Assembly: GCA_001817065.1 (NCBI GenBank)
Contig: MHHQ01000009.1
Location: 16,211-80,210, forward strand
Direction: 5' to 3'
DNA length: 64,000 bases
DNA from: Candidatus Andersenbacteria bacterium RIFCSPHIGHO2_02_FULL_46_16
Lineage (GTDB): Bacteria; Patescibacteriota; Andersenbacteria; UBA10190
In this document: positions 56,639 through 64,000 of the stretch, piece after piece
How positions within the stretch are numbered: position 1 is the stretch's first letter
Layout of the letters: each line of letters starts with the position of its first letter
The notes under the pieces: model-generated
What the model was told of the DNA's origin: nothing
The model's database searches: none
Seen by the model: only the letters and a program-made list of their open reading frames with translations
Program-made: the position numbers and the translations under genes

Positions 56639-56864
56639 CTATAGACATCACATCATAAAATGTCACTGCAGAATAAGCGGGTGGCGGCGCGGGGGTCCCC
56701 CACCGAGCGCCAGCAGCCCTGAGCCTGCCTACCGGTAGGCAGGCTTGTCGAAGGGCGATGCCGTCGGGTGGGGGGAGCAGCGCCGACAGGCCTGCGGGCC
56801 GAAGCCATAGCGAAGGCTGGACCCGTTTCTTGTCTGGTGGCTTTTCATGATGTGACACCTATAG
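56639..56864. mobile_element. MITE family 2, copy 2 (TIR-flanked GC-rich core)
   Basis: TIRs ctatagacatcacatcataaaatgtcac / gtggcttttcatgatgtgacacctatag. The core shares aagcgggtggcggcgcgggggtcccccaccgagcgcc and gccgtcgggtggggg.gcagcgccgacagg with copy 1. Confidence 0.5.
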
Positions 56865-56971
56865 TTAGGTGGTTATATAATTACCAGATCACGCCTTAAC
56901 GATGGTACTAAAGGGATATTATAAAGAAAGACATATTTGCCGAAAGTTAGGAAAAAGGCTAAACAAAATAA

Positions 56972-58510
56972 ATGGGGCACCTAGCGCAACTTTATGAATG
57001 GCGAAACTGGTCAAGCAAGACTTGGCTAGTTTTAATTTTGCTGACAGCCAGCGTGGTTACCCATTTTATCTGGTTTGGTTATCCTACGCAGGTAGTGTTT
57101 GATGAGGTGCATTTTGGTAAGTTTGTGACGGCATATTGCTGCACCCACCAACGTTTTTTTGACATTCATCCCCCCCACGCCAAGTTGTTAATCGCTGGTA
57201 CGGCATATGCCTTAGGCTATCGGGGCGGGGTAAGTTTTGAGAATATAGGTCAAGACTTTGGCAGTGTGAGTACGTGGCCACTGCGCGTTTTTCCGGCAAT
57301 AACTGGAGTGCTGTTACCGCTGGTTATATATGCATTACTTAGGCAATTAAAGGCGTCAGCCGCAGCGGCGTTTTTTGGCGGCATGCTGGTTGTGTTGGAT
57401 AATGCGTTAACGGTGCAGACAAGGATGATCGCTTTAGACGGTTTATTACTAGTGTCAACCTTTGGAGCGCTGGCGGTATATTTAGCAGCGAGAAAAGAGA
57501 TGCAGCAGTACAGAGAGTCCCCAGATCAGAATGGAGGACAAAGCAACTGGTGGAGTAGGTTGACTGGCGGGATCAGGATGCGACGAGAGGGGTGGATGTT
57601 TGGTCTAGCGGGGGGTCTGGCTGGTTTAGCGGTGGGTACCAAGTTTACAGGGCTCACAGCCGGTGGATTGTTAGTGCTATTGTTGGGTGCGTGGCTGGTG
57701 CAGATTAGATCATGGGGGGAAATTAAGCGGTGGAGGACAGCGGTGGTGTTTATAGTACTGGCGGCGATCGTGGTGTATGGGTTGGGCTGGATGATACATT
57801 TTATGATTTTAACGGAAGCAGGGGACGGGGACTTGTGGCGCAAACCACAATGGGAACAACCGATCATGGCTAGTTTTTGGCGGGAGACAAAAGCTATACA
57901 CAAATTAATGTATGACGCTAATAGTGGATTAAAAGCGGAACACCATGATGCCAGCCATTGGTGGTCTTGGCCTTTAGTACAGACCCCGGTATTTTATTGG
58001 CAATTGAGTCAGAACGAAGGAGGGGTAAGTCGATCGGGATCGATCTACTTCCTGCCAAATCCGATTTTGTGGTGGGGTACATCCGCCGTGTTTGCGGTAA
58101 TACTTTTATCGATGCTGATAACGGGGGTAAACAATTTAGTCAGATGGCATGGCGGGTGGCAAAAGAGAGTCGGGCGAATGAGGCAGCAGTGGCAACAGTC
58201 GTTCTTGAAACAAGCATGGTTACCGTTAATGGGCTATGCAGCATCATATATACCATTAATGAAAGTGACGAGAGTGTTATTTCTTTATCACTATCTGACA
58301 CCATGGTTGTTTTCACTATTGGTGGTGGTGTTGTGGTTAGAACGAATAGGCTGGATTGCACGGGAGGAGATAGTTGATCAGCCAAAGAGGTATTGGTTGG
58401 TACTAGCCATTATCCTTGGTGCCTTTATATTTTTTAGTCCACTGACATACGGATTTCTATTGTCGGAAGTGAGCCGGAGCTGGCTATTTTGGTTTAAGAC
58501 ATGGTTGTAA
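56972..58510 (+). CDS. PMT-family (GT39-like, dolichyl-phosphate-mannose-protein mannosyltransferase-type) integral-membrane glycosyltransferase
   Basis: VVFDEVHFGKF...FFDIHPPHAKLL, the loop-1 DE motif and flanking residues characteristic of protein O-mannosyltransferases. About 11 TM helices, 512 aa. Confidence 0.75.
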   Translation: MGHLAQLYEWRNWSSKTWLVLILLTASVVTHFIWFGYPTQVVFDEVHFGKFVTAYCCTHQRFFDIHPPHAKLLIAGTAYALGYRGGVSFENIGQDFGSVSTWPLRVFPAITGVLLPLVIYALLRQLKASAAAAFFGGMLVVLDNALTVQTRMIALDGLLLVSTFGALAVYLAARKEMQQYRESPDQNGGQSNWWSRLTGGIRMRREGWMFGLAGGLAGLAVGTKFTGLTAGGLLVLLLGAWLVQIRSWGEIKRWRTAVVFIVLAAIVVYGLGWMIHFMILTEAGDGDLWRKPQWEQPIMASFWRETKAIHKLMYDANSGLKAEHHDASHWWSWPLVQTPVFYWQLSQNEGGVSRSGSIYFLPNPILWWGTSAVFAVILLSMLITGVNNLVRWHGGWQKRVGRMRQQWQQSFLKQAWLPLMGYAASYIPLMKVTRVLFLYHYLTPWLFSLLVVVLWLERIGWIAREEIVDQPKRYWLVLAIILGAFIFFSPLTYGFLLSEVSRSWLFWFKTWL

Positions 58511-58782
58511 AGATGAAACATACTCAAAACACCCTCCTACGCTAAAGCTACGGATGGGCAGGCAAAGCATAAAACTCAGACAAAGCACAGGTTATTATAA
58601 ACTTTCCAAACCATAACAAATCGGTAACAAACTTAACAAACAACAGACACGAAAATTTCAAGGTCCATCCTGCCTAAAAGCTTCTGACGGGATCCCCTCA
58701 GGACAATTATTAAATAATGACCACTGACCTTGCCTTCCCGTAAGCCGTGGGGGTAAGGTAGGCGATGTGATATTATTAAGGG

Positions 58783-60171
58783 ATGAATAAGAGGAGGACA
58801 GACGGGTGGAGCAAGGGTGGCGGCGTGTTGGTGATGACACTGGTGTTTGTGAGCATGTTCTTAGTGATTTTTATTGGTATCTCTGGCATGGTGAGCCGGA
58901 CTTATCATGAAACGGTTCTCCAGGCGCATGACGAATTGGCTTTTCAGGTGGCCGAGGCGGGACTAAATTATGCACGATGGAGATTGGCTCATAATGGTGA
59001 TGATTTAGCAGCGGCGGAGGGCGTGTTAACAGATCAGTTAGCGGGTGATTTGGGTGAGTATGAATTGACGTTTGCGCAATCGCAGCCAGGCAATTCGGTA
59101 ATCAGAATAACTTCAGTAGGAACCACCTTAAGCCAACCGATGAGGCAAGTGACCTTGAATGCATTATACGGAAAGCCTTCCTTGGCGCGTTATGCTTCCA
59201 TTACTAACAATGATGTTTGGTACGGAGGAACCATTTCTGGTCCGGTTCATGCTAATGGGGGCATTAGAATGGACGGACAGTCAGATAGTTTAATGACCTC
59301 AGCTAAAGAAACCTATGCCTGCCAGCCTTACCATGGATGTTCATCGCCTTATCAAACTAAGCCGGGTATTTGGGGGACGGGTGAAATACAAGAACTGTGG
59401 GAATGGCCAGTAACCAATGTGGACTACGCTTCGATTACCCTAGATTTATTGGATATGCGTGCGGCCGCTGATGAAACCGATACGCACTATGGGTCATCCG
59501 GTGGCTTTGGTTATCAGATAGAGTTTGCCAGTAATAATACTTACTCCATTTACAAGGTGACGAAGAGAGGATCAAATATTTGGTCCTGGACTCATGAAAC
59601 GGATTGGCAATATACGTCGCATGATGTGGGTAGTAAAACATTAATTGAAACAAGGGCAGTGCCGTCAGGTGGAGTGATTTATTTAGACGATAGGACTTGG
59701 GTAAAAGGAGATATTCGTGATCGGGTGACGGTGGCGGCTGGTGTTTCTCCGGCAACCCCGTCTACCAATGTTGATATCATAGTCAATGGAAATATCAGTT
59801 ATGGCGATGTGCATGATGGGACACGGGCTTTTGCTGCTGTAGCGCAACGGCATATTCAAATTCCTTGGTCTGGTGTACCTGATAATATGCGTATGGATGG
59901 AGCATTTGTTGCCCAGAACGGATCGTTTCATCGGCGATATTATCCGAATTGCTGTGGGGCACAAGCCCATCGTCTAAAGACAAGCTTAACGCGGTTTGGC
60001 ATGGTGGCAAGTAACGGGGTGCCGGCCACGGCGTGGCTCGAGAACGGCAATATAGTTAGCGGTTTTAGATCGGGCCAGGCTACTTATGATGCCAACCTAC
60101 TTTATGGTCCACCACCTTATTTTCCGGCCAACAGCCAATATGAATTAATCTCTTGGGAGGAGGACCAGTAG
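58783..60171 (+). CDS. PilX-N-domain pilus-associated protein with large C-terminal domain
   Basis: GGVLVMTLVFVSMFLVIFIGISGMVSRTY...AFQVAEAGLNYARWRL matches the PilX N-terminal domain. 462 aa. Confidence 0.6.
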   Translation: MNKRRTDGWSKGGGVLVMTLVFVSMFLVIFIGISGMVSRTYHETVLQAHDELAFQVAEAGLNYARWRLAHNGDDLAAAEGVLTDQLAGDLGEYELTFAQSQPGNSVIRITSVGTTLSQPMRQVTLNALYGKPSLARYASITNNDVWYGGTISGPVHANGGIRMDGQSDSLMTSAKETYACQPYHGCSSPYQTKPGIWGTGEIQELWEWPVTNVDYASITLDLLDMRAAADETDTHYGSSGGFGYQIEFASNNTYSIYKVTKRGSNIWSWTHETDWQYTSHDVGSKTLIETRAVPSGGVIYLDDRTWVKGDIRDRVTVAAGVSPATPSTNVDIIVNGNISYGDVHDGTRAFAAVAQRHIQIPWSGVPDNMRMDGAFVAQNGSFHRRYYPNCCGAQAHRLKTSLTRFGMVASNGVPATAWLENGNIVSGFRSGQATYDANLLYGPPPYFPANSQYELISWEEDQ

Positions 60172-60193
60172 GCGGTAAGACATTAAATTAGGT

Positions 60194-60376
60194 AAGTCAC
60201 CATCCGTAAATAACTTAACCATTTCTCGCCCACTATGCGCCAATCTACGACTTTTCTTCAATCGCGAACCACTCACCGTAGCTTGGCTACGGCTCCTGGT
60301 TCGCTCAATTGGAAAAGCCGTATCTCGACGCATATTGAACGAGATCTGGCCAAGTTATTTTTGGATGGCGCCTAAG
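60194..60376 (-). mobile_element. MITE family 3 copy (inverted orientation)
   Basis: Reverse complement of the 41815-41987 element: gtcaccatccgtaaataacttaacc ... ggccaagttatttttggatggcgcc. Confidence 0.5.
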
Positions 60377-60514
60377 GAAAAAAGTGAATTATGCGACCCA
60401 ATTTTGAAGCGAGGAGGTGGGTTTGGGATAATTCAGAAAAATGGATGAACGAGGTATAGTTAAGAGTGAGTTTAATTATTTTCTTATTATGGGAAGGGAT
60501 GAAAGGAATAAATT

Positions 60515-61543
60515 ATGATAGGCATTGATATCTCAGACGGGTCAATCAAATTAGTACAACGATCAAAGACGGAAGGGGATATGTTGCAGTCTTTTTGTTG
60601 GCGGGTGATTGAAGAAGGAGTGATAGAACGAGGTGTTATTGTTGAACCTAAGAAGCTTCGCCAAGCGATTGTGCAAACTTTTGAACAATGCCATCTTGAA
60701 GTAAATACAGATGATGCGGTGGTGGCATCAATTCCAGAGACACAGTCTTTTCTGCGTGTCATTGAGGTGCCGGATATGACGGACGAAGAAACGGACGAAG
60801 GAGTGCGCTGGGAAGTAGCCCAGCATATCCCCTTTGGCTTGGAAAATGTTTATATTGACTGGCAACCCATTCCCCGTGGTCACCAGGCGGCGAAGGGGAT
60901 TAGAGAGGTGCTGGTTGGCGCTGCCCAGAAAAAGGTAGTTGATCCGTTGTTGGCAGTATTGAAGGATCTGGACTTGGATGTGGCGGCGCTGGAGTTGGAA
61001 AGCCAGGCAATTGTTCGTGCTTTAATATCACCGGAACTGCAGAACAAACAAGGTATGCTGATAGTCGATTTAGGTGGCAGTGCGACGAATGTCATTATTC
61101 ATGATCATGGAGCGATGAGATTTACGGCTAGTTTGCAGCACGGGGTAAGAAGAATAGCTGAAACATTGTCGCATAAAGACAAGGAAGAATTACTAGTGCC
61201 CACCACCACAGATATACCGACAGAATCGGCTAATCGGATCGCGGAAGCAATGCGACCAGCACAAGAGGAATTAGTGATGGAGATTAAAGGAATTGTAGAA
61301 TTTTATAACGGAATCGATGACAAACATGAGGTGACGGAAATATTATTGACTGGCGGTGGATCTAACTACCCGGGTCTGGATCGAGTGGTCGCCAAGTATT
61401 TTGATGATGTGCATGTACAGCGAGGCAATCCCTGGGTGAATTTGTTACCGCACAACCAGATGAGCAAGGCGCCTATGTCACTCAAAGAGTCGGTGCATTT
61501 TTCCACGGCGATTGGTTTGGCATTAAGAAAGATAGACGCATGA
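60515..61543 (+). CDS. pilM: Type IV pilus assembly protein PilM (actin-like ATPase fold)
   Basis: MIGIDISDGSIKLV start and DLGGSATNV in the second actin-fold half. 342 aa, followed by pilN/pilO-like genes. Confidence 0.8.
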   Translation: MIGIDISDGSIKLVQRSKTEGDMLQSFCWRVIEEGVIERGVIVEPKKLRQAIVQTFEQCHLEVNTDDAVVASIPETQSFLRVIEVPDMTDEETDEGVRWEVAQHIPFGLENVYIDWQPIPRGHQAAKGIREVLVGAAQKKVVDPLLAVLKDLDLDVAALELESQAIVRALISPELQNKQGMLIVDLGGSATNVIIHDHGAMRFTASLQHGVRRIAETLSHKDKEELLVPTTTDIPTESANRIAEAMRPAQEELVMEIKGIVEFYNGIDDKHEVTEILLTGGGSNYPGLDRVVAKYFDDVHVQRGNPWVNLLPHNQMSKAPMSLKESVHFSTAIGLALRKIDA

Positions 61544-62073
61544 AGGACGACATAAATCTCTTACCAAAACAGCTTGTAGTAGGTCGAGAAAGACGAGCAT
61601 ATTTGTTCGGATTTGGTCGTTTGCTCCAGCGAGTAGCCTTTTTACTAGCGGCTATTATTTTGGGAGAGGCGATAATTTATGGCGCTTATTATTATTTCGA
61701 TTATACGTTAGAAAAGAGCTGGAACTCGCAGGTACAAAGTATGAGCGCTACTTTGGAAACACAGAATATGAATGATTTATTGACGTTGGTGGACACTACA
61801 CGGAAACAGTTTGTGAGCTGGTCTTTGTATAGTGAAGAGGTGCTAAATAGTGCGCCGAGAGAAATCACTATTAGTAGATTGGAAGTAAAGGAAAATCTAG
61901 GTGTTTTAGAGATTGATGGTTATACCAGCCGGCGGTCGTCTGTGTTGGAGTATAAAAATATTTTAGCTGGGTTGAGCTGGGTCGACCAGGTGGAAGCACC
62001 GCTGCAGAATTATGCAATTGGGCCTGATTCTGGTTTTTCGCTTAGCTTAGTTGTTGATGAAGGAAAACAATGA
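61540..62073 (+). CDS. pilN: PilN-like pilus assembly protein
   Basis: N-terminal INLLPK motif, single TM, ~175 aa. Start overlaps the pilM stop. Confidence 0.6.
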   Translation: MKDDINLLPKQLVVGRERRAYLFGFGRLLQRVAFLLAAIILGEAIIYGAYYYFDYTLEKSWNSQVQSMSATLETQNMNDLLTLVDTTRKQFVSWSLYSEEVLNSAPREITISRLEVKENLGVLEIDGYTSRRSSVLEYKNILAGLSWVDQVEAPLQNYAIGPDSGFSLSLVVDEGKQ

Positions 62074-62714
62074 AATCATTGCGCTTGAAAAAACTAATTA
62101 TTACCCGGGCGATTGGGATCTTCATTGTAATTTTGTTGATAGCGCTGGTAATATATGCGGCTAAATTAGTGCAGGGGGTGAGGATTCGATTAATGGAGCG
62201 ACAAATAAAAATGGAAGAGAGTCTGGATGAGGCAGTGCATCGGGCAGTGGTGGCGGATACGTTAGTGCAATATGAAAAAGAGATGAAGCGCGTGAGAGGT
62301 ATTGTTCCCTGGCGTGATGAAATTGGACAGGTGGTCGAGACAGTAGATGGCGAAGCAAAACGTTGGGACGTCGCTGTACTGGTGCCGAAAATTAGCGAAG
62401 AGCCAATATACGATGAGAGTGGCATGGTTATTGCGCAAACTGGGCCGACTCGCTTGATTCGTTTAACGGTTGAAGCAGCTGGTGGTCCATGGGCATTGAT
62501 TAATTTGTTACATAGCCTGGAAAGCTTGCCTTACTTAATGAGCCCGGTGTCATATGTGCTTGATAACGAAGCAGATGAGATAAATGCGTTTGGTGCAACA
62601 GCTTTGGCACCAGCTTTACCACTCTCCAAAGACACAGTGAAAACAATGCCGGTGCAGCTGGCTATATTGAAAGCAGATTTTTTACTAACCATCAGAGTTG
62701 AGGAGGGTAAATAA
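62070..62714 (+). CDS. PilO-like pilus assembly protein
   Basis: Single N-terminal TM, coiled-coil region and periplasmic domain. Position after pilN and an overlapping start. Confidence 0.45.
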   Translation: MKSLRLKKLIITRAIGIFIVILLIALVIYAAKLVQGVRIRLMERQIKMEESLDEAVHRAVVADTLVQYEKEMKRVRGIVPWRDEIGQVVETVDGEAKRWDVAVLVPKISEEPIYDESGMVIAQTGPTRLIRLTVEAAGGPWALINLLHSLESLPYLMSPVSYVLDNEADEINAFGATALAPALPLSKDTVKTMPVQLAILKADFLLTIRVEEGK

Positions 62715-63069
62715 AATGATTAATATTAACTGGCAAAATCTACGTAGTGCAATCGAAAAGAAAAACTGGTATCTAATAGGTAGCCGTTTGCGGGTATTGA
62801 TACACCAAATGCCGCGAGCCTTGTTTATTAGGCATAGCCACATTATAGACATAATAGCAGTGGGGATTGGGTTACTGGTGGCGATATATTTAGTGCTGGT
62901 ACTGGTGTTTAGGCCACCGGTGGCGGTTAACACGCAACCAGTGCAGACTGGGGATTTATCCGTTGACGTGTTAAGAAACTTGAATAACTGGGTGGCTGAC
63001 CGTCAGAGAGAGAAAGAACGGCGAATAGAGTTGAACAGAATTGACATCTTTAAGTTACCAAGTAATTAA
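62698..63069 (+). CDS. Small single-TM protein in the pilus locus (PilP-like position), hypothetical
   Basis: 123 aa (an alternative start at 62716 gives MININWQ...). One TM, basic C-terminal tail. Confidence 0.3.
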   Translation: MRRVNKMININWQNLRSAIEKKNWYLIGSRLRVLIHQMPRALFIRHSHIIDIIAVGIGLLVAIYLVLVLVFRPPVAVNTQPVQTGDLSVDVLRNLNNWVADRQREKERRIELNRIDIFKLPSN

Positions 63070-63078
63070 ACAAGGTAT

Positions 63079-64000
63079 ATGATAGGGATAGATTTATCTG
63101 ACCGATCGATAAAAATTGTCGAAATTAGAGGCGATGACAATCCAACTTTGCGAACTTTATGTTGGTCACCTTTGGTGCCAAACTTACTGAGACGCGGGGT
63201 AGTGCAGGATGTTGCTTTAGTTTCCGAGGCCCTTAAAGAGGCAATGTTGAAATGTTCGCCGACGCCGGTCGAGGGTGGTGATGTAGTAGCCTCTATTCCG
63301 GAAGTACAGTCTTTTGTCAGGGTGTTAGAGGTGCCTGTGATGTCGGAACGGGAAATGGACGAGGCAGTGCAATGGGCTGTCAGGCGCCATATTCCATTTG
63401 ATTTGGACCGAGTTTACATTGATTGGGAAGAGTTAGAGTTAGCCTCAGGACAACCGCAACATAAGCAGGTATTAGTTGGCGCAGCACAGCGTGATGTGGT
63501 TGATCCGCTACTGACAGTATTGGATAGTTTAGGATTTAATGTGGTGGCATTGGAGTTGGAGGCGCAAGCGGTTATGCGGTGCTTGTTACCCAGGGACATT
63601 AAGGAAAACAGGGATATTCGAGGAGTGCTGGTCATTGATCTAGGGGCGACTTCCACCAACGTAATTTTGTTTGATCAAGGGGCGATGCGATTTACGGCCA
63701 GTATTCAAGTAGGTGGGGATGATCTGACGCAACAACTAGCCCATGATATGAATCTTAGCCCCGTTGAGGCGATGGAGATAAAGGCTAAAGTTGGAGCAGG
63801 ATTTACTAAAGAAAATCCGGCAGCGGCACAAGCATTAGAGAGTGCGACATTAAATTTAGCCCGTATGGTGGAACGAGCAGTTCAGGAAATGACCGTACAG
63901 TTACCGCGGGAACAACGGGTGAGAACAATATTACTAACGGGGGGGAATGCTAATCTGGTTGGTATAAAAGAGCTGTTCGGCAGTGTTTTTACTAATATAC
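63079..64000 (+). CDS. pilM: Second PilM paralog (partial, runs off window end)
   Basis: MIGIDLSDRSIKIVEI...ASIPEVQSFVRVLEVP...VLVGAAQRDVVDPLLTVLDSLGFNVVALELEAQA...LVIDLGATSTNV is clearly homologous to the PilM at 60515. Not in the ORF track because no stop lies within the window. Confidence 0.75.
   Translation, partial: MIGIDLSDRSIKIVEIRGDDNPTLRTLCWSPLVPNLLRRGVVQDVALVSEALKEAMLKCSPTPVEGGDVVASIPEVQSFVRVLEVPVMSEREMDEAVQWAVRRHIPFDLDRVYIDWEELELASGQPQHKQVLVGAAQRDVVDPLLTVLDSLGFNVVALELEAQAVMRCLLPRDIKENRDIRGVLVIDLGATSTNVILFDQGAMRFTASIQVGGDDLTQQLAHDMNLSPVEAMEIKAKVGAGFTKENPAAAQALESATLNLARMVERAVQEMTVQLPREQRVRTILLTGGNANLVGIKELFGSVFTNI

Noticed and set aside
56535-56858. ORF 56535..56858 (-) and the N-terminal half of 23484..23876 (-) sharing a GARWG(S/T)PAPPP peptide
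   Set aside because: The similarity reflects the conserved GC-rich DNA core of MITE family 2 read in one frame, not a conserved protein.
1-64000. CRISPR arrays, rRNA and tRNA genes
   Set aside because: No regularly spaced direct repeats with unique spacers were seen, no rRNA-like conserved blocks, and no T-loop (GTTCGAnTCC) or cloverleaf candidates in intergenic regions. Absence judged by eye only.

Overview
This 64 kb window contains about 70 protein-coding genes at moderate GC, interrupted by several GC-rich structured repeat/MITE families. Gene content (type IV pilus machinery, nucleoside salvage, ABC-2 exporter, thyA-folA-glyA-folC, small genes) would fit a small-genome, possibly Patescibacteria/CPR-like bacterium. 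That origin is an inference, not a demonstrated fact. Main blocks, in order: (1) cob(I)alamin adenosyltransferase, HAD hydrolase, ZnuA-like binding protein and gdhA. (2) An oxidative-folding module: glutaredoxin-like protein, DsbA, VKOR (DsbB substitute), ROK kinase, second DsbA. (3) MscS, lgt, a 1077-aa UvrD-type helicase fused to a Cas4-like Fe-S nuclease, and a beta-CASP RNase. (4) A nonulosonic-acid (sialic-acid-like) sugar cluster: NeuB-like synthase fused to a sugar-phosphate isomerase-like domain, methyltransferase, SDR, AKR, a YhcH/DUF386 gene disrupted by a MITE, and a NeuA-like cytidylyltransferase. (5) efp, ABC-2 exporter, sigma-70, GH1 and GH-A glycosidases, folC-thyA-folA-glyA, pepA, and znuB/znuC with a MITE between them. 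(6) A large type IV pilus/competence-pilus-like locus from about 46.5 kb to the window end: pilB, pilC, five prepilin-like genes, a PMT/GT39 glycosyltransferase, a PilX-like protein, pilM-pilN-pilO and a second pilM paralog. The prepilin-like genes include a 784-aa extremely cysteine-rich protein with Myxococcus-type Cys repeats and a 545-aa protein with MopE/TSP3-like Asp-rich Cys repeats. The pilus locus, with its giant disulfide-rich pilin-like proteins, the co-located Dsb/VKOR module and the candidate glycosylation genes, is the most interesting system. No rRNA, tRNA or CRISPR array was recognised.
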